Shown here: one piece after another, positions 1 through 10,684 of the stretch
Numbering within the stretch: position 1 is the first letter of the stretch
How the letters are laid out: the number at the start of each line of letters is the position of its first letter
DNA from: Tubulanus polymorphus
Lineage: Eukaryota > Animalia > Nemertea
Direction: 5' to 3'
NCBI RefSeq assembly: GCF_964204645.1
Contig: NC_134033.1
Span: forward strand, 9,680,655 to 9,744,654
DNA: 64,000 bases
Notes under the pieces: model-generated
The model's database searches: none
Told to the model about the DNA's origin: nothing
The model's input: the letters and a program-made list of their open reading frames with translations, nothing else
Program-made: the position numbers and the translations under genes

Positions 1-1221
1 TTTAAATCTAGAAATCTAGCATACTGTCCAGAACATAAAACTGTAACATATAATGAATTATCAAATTATCAAAAAAGAATTAAACCCGAAAATCATATTC
101 ATACAGAAAAGTAAATGGCAACTGACGAAGATAAATATAATTATGTTGTACATTATAGAATGTTGAAGTTTTATCTAAAACAAGGAATGATCCTAAAAAA
201 AGTACATAGATATATTTGATTCAGTCAATCTAAATGGTTAGAAAAATATATAGATTTTAACACCAAACAGAGAACTAAAGCTAAAACTGATTTCGAAAAA
301 GATTTCTTTAGTTAAAAAAAATAATAAATTATAATTTAAAAAAATTTAAATTAATTTAAATTTAAAAAAATTTAAATTAAAAAAAAGTTAATGAATAATG
401 CATTCTATTTTAAGACTTGTGAAAATATTAGAAATAGAAATGATATTGAGTTAGTCAGTAATGGTAAAAGAATTATACATCTACAAACATATCCTAAATT
501 TATGGGTAACAAAATATTTGATGAAAATTTAGCTGCAGTTAAGATGAGGAGAACTTCTATGAAATTTAATAAACCAACTTATGTTGGTGCTTCAGTTTTA
601 GAATTATCAAAGTTATTAATGTATGAATTCTATTATAACGTATTACAACCTCATTTTGGAGAAAAACATATAGAAATCTTATATTTTGATACAGATTCTT
701 ACATAATAAAGATAAAAACTAATAACATAACTGATGATTTAAAAACATTAAAACATCATTTTGATTTCAGTAATTATCCTAAAGATCATGAATTGTTTAG
801 CAATGATAATAAAAAGGTGCCCGGTAAATTCAAAGATGAATTAGGTGGTGAAGAAATGATAGAATTTATAGGTATTCGATCTAAAATGTATTCATATAAA
901 ACTAAAGAACATGAAGCTAACAAGTTAAAAGGAATTACCAAAAGTGTAGTAGAAAAGAATATTCATTTCAAAGATTACATCAATTGTATATTCAAAGAAG
1001 AGGTTAGAAAACATAAGATGAGATGTTTAAGATCTGAAGATCATGAAATGTTTATTGAAGAGATAGAGTAGATAAGTCTAAACCCATTTGATGATAAAAG
1101 ATATATTTTAGATGATGGTATACACACAGTTGCGTATGGTTGCAATTTAGATGAATACTTACAATTTAAAAGAGAAGAAACAAAAGAGAAGGAAATAATG
1201 AAAATTATTCTAGCGTGTTAA
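1..1221 (+). pseudogene. Protein-primed family B DNA polymerase (pPolB), C-terminal part
   Basis: Motifs FEKDFF/KLMNNAFY.KT, YFDTDS, KKVPGKFKDE, IRSKMYS, KLKGI, SLNPFDDKRY..DDGIHT.AYG. In-frame stops at 112, 217 and 1069, plus an ~75-bp AT insert at 310-384. Confidence 0.93.
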
Positions 1222-1250
1222 TCAAATTTTAATAAAAACATGTATTATAA

Positions 1251-1604
1251 ATGGAGAGTACCCAACCACACAGTGAGAACAACAAATCATTTCTAGATAG
1301 AATAAAAGATACTTCAAATTTCAAATCAGTAGATTATAAATTTAAGAAATTAAAAGAATTAACAATCCAAAAGAAATATCTAATTACAAATATTGATACA
1401 GTTACTAACAAATATGGAGATAAATTAGTTATCCACTTAGAATATGAAGGATTAAAAGGAAATACATATAAATTCAGAACATATTTACCGGATAGATTTC
1501 ATAGATTATCAAGTGAAGATTTAGAAGAATTATGTTCTGGAGATTTGTATTTCATATACAAAGGTAAAAATGAAAAAGGGCACCATGAAATAGATTTCGA
1601 ATAA
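1251..1604 (+). CDS. Small Polinton protein (117 aa), possibly OB-fold/ssDNA-binding
   Basis: Intact ORF with TAAATG start directly after pPolB. The pattern FKKLKEL..YLI...TNKYG..V..L....TYLPDRF...LYFIYKG resembles a small conserved Maverick protein; the function is inferred. Confidence 0.55.
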   Translation: MESTQPHSENNKSFLDRIKDTSNFKSVDYKFKKLKELTIQKKYLITNIDTVTNKYGDKLVIHLEYEGLKGNTYKFRTYLPDRFHRLSSEDLEELCSGDLYFIYKGKNEKGHHEIDFE

Positions 1605-1621
1605 GAAAATATGTAAAATAA

Positions 1622-1975
1622 ATGGTAGAATTAAAAGAATATAGAATATTTGTTGATTCTAGAAGACTTACTAATTATTAATCACATAATTTACTAGTAC
1701 ACTTAGATAGAGAATTTAAGAATTGTGTTGATTTAAAATTAGTTAATGTAAGTTTATGTAACTCATTTTACAATATATCGAATAAAACTATTGAACATAG
1801 AGCCTTTTTAATTTTTGATAAAGGTAAAAATGAATGGTCCTATATATATTTAAAACCAGGGTTATATAATTTAGATACATTAGCACAAGAAATTAATAGA
1901 AAAGCCTGGCACAAGTCCGGGTTTAGTATTAGATTTCTAAAAAGTGATAGTTCTACGTTACATCAAACCATCTGA
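1622..1975 (+). pseudogene. Minor capsid (penton) protein, N-terminal part; absent from the ORF track
   Basis: Translates MVELKEYRIFVDSRRLTNY*SHNLLVHLDREFKNCVDLKLVNVSLCNSFYNI...IYLKPGLYNLDTLAQEIN, matching the penton pattern (IDS..., NSFYNI, I.L.PG.Y). Stop at 1679; truncated by higher-GC DNA at ~1960. Confidence 0.75.
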
Positions 1976-2314
1976 CAGGCTACAATTCAGCTCAAACCAC
2001 TGCTCCTAATCAACTACTACATTTTGAGCAACAAAATGCTAACTAATATTGGCTTTTACCACCAAAATTGAGGAAAACTTTCACCATCTATTGTGTTTTC
2101 CTTCCACATCATGGCTGACTGAGTACACGTGTTCAGTAGAGGGCAGCACTATATAAACTATATCTACAGATGCTCACTTGCCAGGGGTTAGAAAAAAAAA
2201 CTAATAATTGGACTATGGAACAATGACAAGTTTCAGAATTCAAATTGGCCTATTTTTAGAGAAATGGGTGAAATTCTGTTGTTTCCAGTGAGAGCTCTGA
2301 ATGTACTGGTTATA

Positions 2315-3028
2315 TCACGTGATATGGCTACACTGACAAATGATGAGCCTTTTATACTTGGAGTCGGCCTTTAAGTATACTAGAGGTTGTTCTCGGGGTG
2401 TTGTTTGTGCTATGGAATAAGGACATTTAACCTCTAAGACCCCTTCCTCACAACAACTACACGAAATAAAGCCATCTGGCCTAGCACCGATATACGCTTG
2501 CTGTTCATCAACAAATAATTCGCGTTCTCGGAACTTCAAATCTTTGTGAGATTTTGATGCTAATGCAATATAAGCCTTTACAGCTTCGCTCTCCATTTCC
2601 CGCCCATATTTTACGGCAGCTACGTTTAATGGCGAAGTAGGCGAAACAATTCTTGATACAAGGGCAGTCACGTTCGTGGACTTCCTCTTCAAACAGCTAA
2701 CTTGAGCAACGACTAAGGAAAAAATGCTAGCTGTTATCATACCAACGCGTAATGATTTCCACAAAGGGTTCTTTGATTGGCCAAGGGTTTTCTGTTCTAT
2801 ATATTCTACTTGTTCTATCGTTAATTCTGGTATGCGGAAAACTGAATACGATTGATCATTATTTCTAAAGTCTTCTACCGAATCCATTATCGATTTAAAT
2901 TCTATACATTTTGAAGGTCGCGATGCTGATTCGGAATTATCGGTAGGTAATGCCGACGATCGACGAGACGTATTGACAGGTGTTCCACCACGTGACGGTG
3001 CAACTTCATTTTCCAAAAGATATGGCAA
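2315..3028 (-). pseudogene. YqaJ/lambda-exonuclease-family domain fragment, probably from a DNA transposon
   Basis: TLGQSKNPLWKSLRVGMITAS, YGREME, IGARPDG, CSCC..GVLEVKCPY motifs. GC content is higher than the flanking viral DNA; C-terminus truncated. Confidence 0.85.
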
Positions 3029-3231
3029 TAAACACTAATCTGGCGTACATTTTTCCAAAACGTCTACGTACTGATGAATGCCAGGGGCAGGCATATTTGT
3101 TGTCTTAAATTCGACTTCTTTCGATGCTAAGACCGGGCGGGATTTCACTGTAAATGTACCGATAAATATCCGTCAATTTTTTTGAAATAGCATTTCACAA
3201 TCTTACTGTTGACAAGTGTCCAATTAACATA

Positions 3232-3635
3232 AGTAATAGGGGTAATAGGCTTTCAAATCAAAGGTCGAACGGTCGAGCTCATTAAAAAACAAAATATTAA
3301 AAGTAATTTAAAACTATAATATATTTTCATAACCGTGTGCATTTCATATTATAACTAAATATTTATTCTAAGATATTAATAATTTCAATTTTAAAAGCAT
3401 ATTGTATTAAATCAATTGGTCGCTCCGCTTCGCTACCGCTCCGCGACCAATTGATTTATTACAATACACAAATTCATATAATCAAATATATTCAAATAAT
3501 AATAATCATTCTATCATTCAACTGAAATGCACACGGTTATGAAAATATATTATAGTTTTAAATTACTTTTAATATTTGTTTTTAATGAACTCGACCATTC
3601 AACCTTTAACCTGAAAGCCTATTACCCCTATGACT
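3232..3635. repeat. Nested palindrome: ~115-bp outer inverted arms and a 24-bp central stem-loop
   Basis: 3232-3346 is the reverse complement of 3523-3635, with the inner ~55 bp perfect. 3400-3423 pairs with 3443-3466 (1 mismatch) around loop TCCGCTTCGCTACCGCTCC. Confidence 0.95.
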
Positions 3636-3867
3636 CTTAAAATAATCATATACATGAATAACATTTAAATTTACAGATTATTCAATATAAAAGTGTAAGC
3701 TCTTATAGAATAGATATATAGATATATTTACAACATTATTTCAATATTTATATTTGTATGAGTTAGATTTTTAAACATTTAAAGTGTTAGTAAAGTGTGA
3801 TTGAAATAATTCATATATAAATCATTTAACTTCTAAAATCAATTTAGTAAAAAAATACGTATAATAA

Positions 3868-4537
3868 ATGGAATCAGAACAACCACAAACTATCAATATT
3901 ACAAATAACACTGGCGTCATAAATATATACTACAAGAAGTGTTCTAAGTGTGAATTAGATAAATTAGCTATAACAGAATTTAGTAAGCGTAAGATTAGCA
4001 AAGATGGTTTTCAATATTGCTGTAAAACTTGTTTTAAACTATATACCAAACAATACCGAGAAGATAATATAGAACATTATAATTATTATATGGCAGAATA
4101 TATGAGAGAAAGATATCAAACAGATCTTAATTTTAGATTGAAACAATGCTTAAGATCTAGATTAACACAATTAAATCAACAAAGAAACGCATTCAGAAAC
4201 ACTATCTAATTTATTGGGTTGTTCAGATGAATTCTTAAAATCATGGATTATATTTCAATTCGATGATAAAATGAATATAGATAATTATGGGGATTATTAC
4301 CATATTGATCATGTGTTACCAATATCTAAATTTAACATGAATGATGAATACAATAAAAAACTTATTTGGGGTTGGAAAAATTTAAGGCCTTTAGAAAAGA
4401 AAGAAAATATAATTAAATCTAACAAACTAGATATGAAATTATATTTAGATCAACTGGATAAAGCAAAGACATTTGTTGAATTATGGAATAGTATTTCACA
4501 GAATCAACCGCATTCTGAGGTTTTAATCAGTGGTTAG
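3868..4537 (+). pseudogene. HNH-family endonuclease with N-terminal Cys zinc motif (NCLDV/phage type), frameshifted near 4200
   Basis: KKCSKC...KDG.QYCCKTC; DLNFRLKQCLRSRL; GCSDEFLKSWI..QF...MN.DNYG.YYHIDHVLP..KF...WKNLRPLEKKEN..KSNK. Confidence 0.8.
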
Positions 4538-4904
4538 AAAGCTGGCAATTCTATTTGAGCTTTGTACGTATATAATACATAGCTCTTGTTTACTACTAAA
4601 ACATATGTTGCCAAATATATCTTGTTTTTAATTCCAAAGAATTAATTAACTTCATCATAAAGAACATCTGTTACAATCCAGGCAAACATGCAGAAATAAT
4701 TAGTTTGGTCGAACGTGCGCCACGTCGGCAGTTAGAAATCAACTTTCACATACATAGTACGTATTGGATATTCTTTCTCAAAACACAGTTTACAGTTCTA
4801 AATCTAAATGTAATTACCGTTTTTTGTAGTTTATTATATAGTAGGGAAACCTTTAAACATATTTAAGTACAGTAATTCATTTTCACGACATCTTTTAGAT
4901 TAAA

Positions 4905-5371
4905 ATGGAATACAGAGATCAACCAGAAATTCCAAGTCAACCATCGGAAGAGGAACCAGAAACGATCGATAGTGAAACTCAGGAATCAATAGAAAAGGAG
5001 GATGAAACTCTCGTAATTGACGAACAAACTTCACAAAATTACAAGAATATTTGGATTATCATCAAGAAATGGTGAAAATTCTGAGTGATGTAATACATAA
5101 TAAACAATTACCGCGCGAACTACAATGACCAAAATTACCAGCAACGCGACTTAAATTGCTGTTGGGACTCAAATAATCGAAAACTAAGAAAATGAGTGGA
5201 GATATCAGTGCCGGCTTTGAAAGAAAACTGAGAAGAGTAGGTAGATTAATAAAATATGAAAAATTTAAAATATTAGGATTAGCATTTAGTGAAGTAGTCA
5301 GATATTTACCAGAAATTGAAGAAATGATTGGAAACAATCCAGTAATTAAAGAATTCTGGACAAAATTATAA
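4905..5371 (+). pseudogene. Hypothetical Polinton protein with acidic N-terminus, disrupted
   Basis: TAAAATG start, MEYRDQPEIPSQPSEEEPET... After a frameshift near 5040 it continues LQEYLDYHQEMVK...GFERKLRRVGRLIKYEKF...EFWTKL* with two stops. Confidence 0.5.
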
Positions 5372-5459
5372 ATTATAACACTGAAGGTCTTAGATATCAA
5401 AAAATGTATTCTCGATTGTATATATCTGTTTTAATAATGTATTGTTTACTGTTAACTAA

Positions 5460-5678
5460 GTATTGCGCAATAACCGGTCCGATTGGACCGCTTTTCTATT
5501 GTTTTCCATTGTTCTATTATCGATCGTTGTTGACGGAAACAGCTGCTCAATATTGATTGGTTACATTTCTATGTTTGAATGTTGTAGTTTACAGAATAAA
5601 AATATAACTGTGTATTGCGCAATAACCGGTCCGATTGGACCGCTTTTCTATTGTTCTCCATTGTTCTATTATCGATCG
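5460..5678. repeat. 67-bp direct repeat (period 152) with internal palindromes
   Basis: GTATTGCGCAATAACCGGTCCGATTGGACCG...TATCGATCG at 5460-5526 and 5612-5678, 1 mismatch. Confidence 0.9.
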
Positions 5679-5882
5679 CTAAAATTTACATAATAAATAT
5701 ATGTGTTTATGAAATAATATTTCCAGTCGTTTCGTTCAATTGATTTTGAGTTGAGGATTTATTATCGAGGATCCGAAATGACTTATCAAAAGCAGCGAGG
5801 AATGAAAAAGGATGACGTTAGTCGAAGAAATGGAAGAGGATTCTAAAATGTTAATCAATTTTAATAAAAATTTGATTTATAA

Positions 5883-6098
5883 ATGGAAAGGAATGATGAA
5901 TACAATAAAAAACTTATTTGGAATTGGAAAAATTTAAGACCTCTTGAAAAGAAAGAAAATAAAATCAAATCTAATAAACTAGATTTACAGTTATATTTAG
6001 AACAGTTAACAAAGGCAAAGAAATTTATTGATCAATGGAACAATGATCCAAATAATGAACAATACGTTGAGGAATTTGATATCAAGGATCCGAAATGA
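5883..6098 (+). CDS. Mini-ORF duplicating the C-terminus of the HNH nuclease
   Basis: NDEYNKKLIWNWKNLRPLEKKENKIKSNKLD is nearly identical to the 4214-4537 product; it has its own TAAATG start. Confidence 0.65.
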   Translation: MERNDEYNKKLIWNWKNLRPLEKKENKIKSNKLDLQLYLEQLTKAKKFIDQWNNDPNNEQYVEEFDIKDPK

Positions 6099-6406
6099 CT
6101 TATCTGGACAGTTATAATTACTGCTTCTAATAGATAAACAAAAGTAGTGAGATATCAAATAGAATTCAATAAAATATATTAAAAAAACAATAACTTCAAC
6201 TAGCCGTTATTTCTATTTTAATTTTTGATATTTTCTTTTACAATTCTTTTCAAAAGAGAATATTTTATATCACAAATAAAAAATACTAAAAAAACAATAA
6301 CTAATACTAAAATTCTTTACCTTTAACTAAGCTAGTATTAATCTAAAGAGATACTGGTATCATTTAATAATACTTATATTTTTTTTCGCTTTTTTCTCTA
6401 ATATAA

Positions 6407-6985
6407 ATGTCAAAGAAATCGAGTAAGAATAGCATTGATATTGAAAAGACATTAGATGATTTGGGTATAAGTGATAATAAAGATACAGTTGTAACTAATT
6501 GTGCTCAAATAGATTATGAATACTATTTATATTGTAAACACCATCTTGAATTACTAATTGTTGGCGGGAAATCTAAAGAGTTTTTAACTAAGATAATTAC
6601 TTTTCAAGAATTAGATGCTATGAAACCCAATAAAGTAATAAAATATTTTAAGATTTATGAAGAAGCAAGATTAGCTAGAATAAATGATTCTATTTCAGAT
6701 GGTATTGTCAAATGGTATTCTAAGTTATGTAACCAGTTAATACCAATTGATGATGAAAATAAATTATATAGTGATTTGAAAAATGACTACTTAGTTATGA
6801 CTGAATTACAAAAATTGGTTGGTTATGCTTCATTCCAATTAGGATCGGTTATGATATTAATTTCTACTGGTGTCATTACATTTTCGAATATCAAGCCTAT
6901 GGAATATAAATCAGGTAAGAACGAAACAGATGTACTACAACCAAACGCCGAAACAGAAAATGAATCAGAACAAAAATTAACTTAA
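6407..6985 (+). CDS. Hypothetical Polinton protein with C-terminal hydrophobic helix
   Basis: Intact 192-aa ORF with TAAATG start. The LKNDYLVMTELQKL.G..S..LG....ISTGVIT pattern resembles invertebrate Maverick ORFs. Confidence 0.65.
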   Translation: MSKKSSKNSIDIEKTLDDLGISDNKDTVVTNCAQIDYEYYLYCKHHLELLIVGGKSKEFLTKIITFQELDAMKPNKVIKYFKIYEEARLARINDSISDGIVKWYSKLCNQLIPIDDENKLYSDLKNDYLVMTELQKLVGYASFQLGSVMILISTGVITFSNIKPMEYKSGKNETDVLQPNAETENESEQKLT

Positions 6986-6989
6986 ATAA

Positions 6990-7306
6990 ATGAGTGATGG
7001 AGTTAAGAAAAAGGCTAGATCCGAGAAACAAATTAAATGGGCAAGAGAATTAGGTAAAAGATCTTCAGAATTAAAAAAAGCTAAGAAAAAGAAATTAACT
7101 GATATAAATTAATCACAGACTTAGTAACAGTTATTATATTATCTGGTGTAATATATAAATCAAAATTCAAAACTGATGATAAAGATGATTCCAATGATGA
7201 TCGGAAACTTAGTTATCCGTGTACAGACAATAAACCTATCATACCAGAAAATAAGTCAAATCATAAAACCATTGAAACTAAATCTAAATTATTATTAATG
7301 GATTAA
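6990..7306 (+). pseudogene. Small basic/transmembrane Polinton protein, disrupted
   Basis: TAAATG start, MSDGVKKKARSEKQIKWARELGKRSSELKKAKKKK; after the break, LVTVIILSGVIYK...LLLMD*. Confidence 0.5.
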
Positions 7307-7312
7307 AATAAG

Positions 7313-8429
7313 ATGAAAAAAGAACAATATTTAAGAGAGTTATATTACAACCCAGAGAGTGAAGTATCATATTCTAACGTTTCAGAATTATGGAATAAAA
7401 TTAAATCTGATAATGAAAATGGTGCCGTAAGGTACCCACATGGTGATAAAAAATATAGTGAACTAAAATCATGGTTTCAAAACCAACCAACATATCAAAT
7501 CCATAAGAAAATGGATAAAAATTATTTAACAAGAAAAGTTATGGTTTCATATATCGATCAACAATGGCAAGCAGATTTAATTGACATGAAGAACTTAGAA
7601 GAATACAACAAAGGATATTTCTGGGTATTAAATGTTATAGATATATTCAGTAGATACGCATGGTCAATTCCAATCAAAAATAAAACTGGTATAGAAGTAA
7701 CAAAAGCTTTTAAGAATATATTTAAAGAAGCTATTCCAGATAAGATACAATTTGATGAAGGTAAGGAATTCTATAACAAACATTTTAAAAAACTATTATC
7801 TGATAACGATGTAGATTATTTTTCAACACACTCGGATAAAAAAGCATCTATTATAGAAAGATTTAACTAATAAAACATTGAAAACTAGAATGTGGAAATA
7901 TTTTACTGCTAATGAAACATATAAATATATCGATGTGTTAGATGATTTAGTGAAAGGTTATAATAATTCTAAACATAGTTCTATAAATATGAAACCTATA
8001 AAAGCAAGAAAAGAAGATAATTCAGAAATAGTTTGGAATAATTTATATGGAGCATTTGTTACACATGATTTCGGTGAACCTAGATTCAAAATTGGACAAC
8101 ACGTAAGAATATCTAAATATAGAAAAACCTTTTATAAAGGTTATACCCCTAATTTTACTGAAGAAATATTCAAGATTAAAAAGATAATATTAACTAAACC
8201 TTTTGTTTATAAATTAGAAGATCTAAAAGATGAAGAAATATTAGCTTATTTCTATGAACGAGAATTATCACTTGTACCAAATCCTAATGAAATAGAATAC
8301 AAAATAGAAAAAGTATTGAAATCAAAAATTCTTAAAGGAAAAAAGTATTCTTTGGTGAAATATAAAGGATATGATGATAAATTTAATGAATGGATTTTAT
8401 CTAGTAAAATTAAAAAAATAAATGAATAA
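7313..8429 (+). pseudogene. Retroviral-like (rve) integrase with C-terminal chromodomain
   Basis: LYYNP, QWQADLIDM, VIDIFSRYAW, QFDEGKEF, ERFN-KTLKTRMWKYF (split by a 4-nt insertion at ~7868), KGYTPNFTEEIF, YKIEKVLK...LVKYKGYDDKFNEWI. Confidence 0.95.
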
Positions 8430-9035
8430 AGATTTATTTATATTTGAACCGCATAATATGTTAATAACTGGGGTAACCAATTGTGGTAAAACACATTTCA
8501 TATTAGATTTGTTAGAAACTATTTATAAGAATCATTTTGATAATATGATATTATTCTGTCCTACTTATGAAATGAATAAAACATATAATAGAGATATAGT
8601 TAAGATGAAAAAATTTATTATATTAGATCCTAAAACAGTAAAAGAAAATTTAGATAATTGTATTAAAATACCGATTGATATTTATATAACGGATCAAATA
8701 CATTATTCATTATAGATGATTGCGCAAATTTACATGATTCAAAAGTTAGAGAAAGTGAGTTATGTTATTTAGCTTTCTCTGGGAGACATTTTGGGATAAC
8801 AACATGGGTTTTAAATCAAAAATATAATTCAATTGTTAAAGACTTTAGGGAGAATATAAGATTTCTAGTTTTATTTTGTAACAAAGATAAAAAATCTATG
8901 CAACAATCATTGGAAGAAAATCAAATTATACCTACTGAATTACATGATGAATATATGAATAAATTAAAGAATAATAAAGGTTCAAAATTATTACTGAGGC
9001 TTCAATTTCCATATGAATATAAATTTATAAAATAA
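8422..9035 (+). pseudogene. A32/FtsK-HerA-type DNA packaging ATPase, frameshifted near 8690
   Basis: Walker A GVTNCGKT; second frame gives Walker B LFIIDD, then SGRHFG, NQKY, RENI, ending TAA at 9033-9035. Confidence 0.92.
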
Positions 9036-9390
9036 CTATTTATATATCTATCTATCTAATACGTATTAAATACGTATTAGATACGTATTAAATACATTAA
9101 TATTTAATACCCCCTTTTTAAAATAAATGTTATTCATACAATTTTCAACCAATTTATTTTTATTTTTTCAACTAATATATGAATAAGTTTGAAAATAATA
9201 AAGGTTATTCATTATTACTGAGGTTTCAATATAAATTTAAAAAAAATGTAATTTAAGGTATTTTCAAATAATATGTATTAGATATGTATTAGATATGTAT
9301 TAGACACTTATTAGATACCTTAAATACCTTAAATACTTAAAAACCCTTTTTTTATTTACTATTATTTTATACAATTTTCAACCAATATTA
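8970..9390. repeat. Imperfect ~225-bp tandem duplication with 11-bp ATAYGTATTAR sub-repeats, between convergent gene blocks
   Basis: AATAATAAAGGTT....ATTATTACTGAGG at ~8970 and ~9194; ATACAATTTTCAACCAA twice; ATACGTATTAR x3 and ATATGTATTAG x3. Confidence 0.75.
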
Positions 9391-9652
9391 TTATTTGTGT
9401 TAAATATAATTAATATTTTAATCACTTACACTATCCACACTGATCATGTGACACTAGTGACGCGGTCACTTCTTAGTTTGCTTTCGAAGCTATCGGACGT
9501 GTGTGGTCAGCTGTTTTGTGGTGAGTTTTGTCTCCTGCGTATGCCGATTTTCTGTGGTTCCTTTCCGGTAGCATTTGGTATTTTTTCTTTGGAATTTTGT
9601 TTGTGGTTTCCTCTTTAGTTTTCGTCCCCTTTTGCCTGGTTTGGAGACTTTG

Positions 9653-9993
9653 GTGTAGTCATCTTGGATGAAACACTGGGTTTATTAGTTTTAGTGCAGT
9701 CATTTTGGATGAAACACTGGAGTTTATTGATTTTAGTGTAGTCATTTCGGATGAAACACTGGTTTTTATTTATTTTTGGTGCAGTCATTTCGGATGAAAC
9801 ACTGGTTTTGTTAGTTTTAGTGCAGTCATTTAGGATGAAGCACTAGGTTTGTTAATTTTGGTGCAGTCATTTCGGATGAAACACTGATTTTGATGTTCTG
9901 GGTTATACGGTACCGTGATTTTGGGTTCAAGCACGGGCAGATGGTCTTTTAGATTTTCTGGGATAAGTGCAGTATTTTGGATGAAGCACGGGA
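9653..9993 (+). repeat. Hairpin repeat array: six 41-43-bp units plus one degenerate copy
   Basis: Core GTGYAGTCATYWNGGATGAARCACT at 9653, 9694, 9736, 9779, 9820, 9861 and (degenerate) 9967, joined by T-rich linkers. Confidence 0.93.
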
Positions 9994-10684
9994 GATGGAT
10001 TGATAGTGATTTTATTGAGGCAAAATTCTCGGTCAGGTTAGAAGTACTAGGGTACTTTGGTACATTTTGACCGTCAATGACATTTAGGTTACAGTGCTAC
10101 ATGCGTGATTGCTTCTGCCTTTATTGGGACGTGGGTAAATACTTTAAGTCACAGTGCGTGCATTTTGCTAGATTTATTTCATTCATAGGCGCATTTCCAA
10201 GGTCTGGATTTGGAATTCTTTTGTGGGATTTCATTTGGCTTTTCAAAATTCGGTTTAATCTTACTGGGCGTGTAAAGGCAATCTGGTGACGTTTTACCTA
10301 GTCCTTGGTCTCGTTTTGTAGTTAGCGGTAGTGTTGGGTTAGCATCAAGTCCTGTTAGTCAAATCGCTTTTCAGATTTGAGGACAGTTTTGGAACTCGGT
10401 GGTATTATTAGACTTGTTTGACTGTGTATCGTACAGAGGATTTAAGGTGAGTTTTTATTAGTGTATTACTGTCGTATTAGTTCTTGTTTAATTTAAGATG
10501 GTGGCTAGAGAAATAATTTCGGCATGTGGCCGAAAATTTAACGTTTTTTTGGTCTGGTCACATGTATATATTTGGTTAAACTTTGTCGACGGTTGTTAGG
10601 ATCAGTTTGCTAATACTTTTAAATTTTATTCCTGGTACGATGCGGTAGTAATTTTGATGTTCTTTTCGCTTATCTGTTTCAGAG

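Noticed and set aside
311-387. GT...AG intron in pPolB
   Set aside because: Splicing it would not restore the KDFFKLMNN frame; more likely a low-complexity insertion or assembly noise.
3232-3635. Polinton terminal inverted repeats or mini-Polinton
   Set aside because: Ends resemble AGT...ACT, but the flanking 6-mers (AACATA / CTTAAA) are not a TSD and viral genes lie on both sides; kept only as an unexplained palindrome.
9653-9890. CRISPR array (palindromic repeats containing GAAAC)
   Set aside because: Linkers are only 14-16 nt, T-rich and similar to each other; no cas genes; eukaryotic retroelement context. No hammerhead CUGANGA core either.
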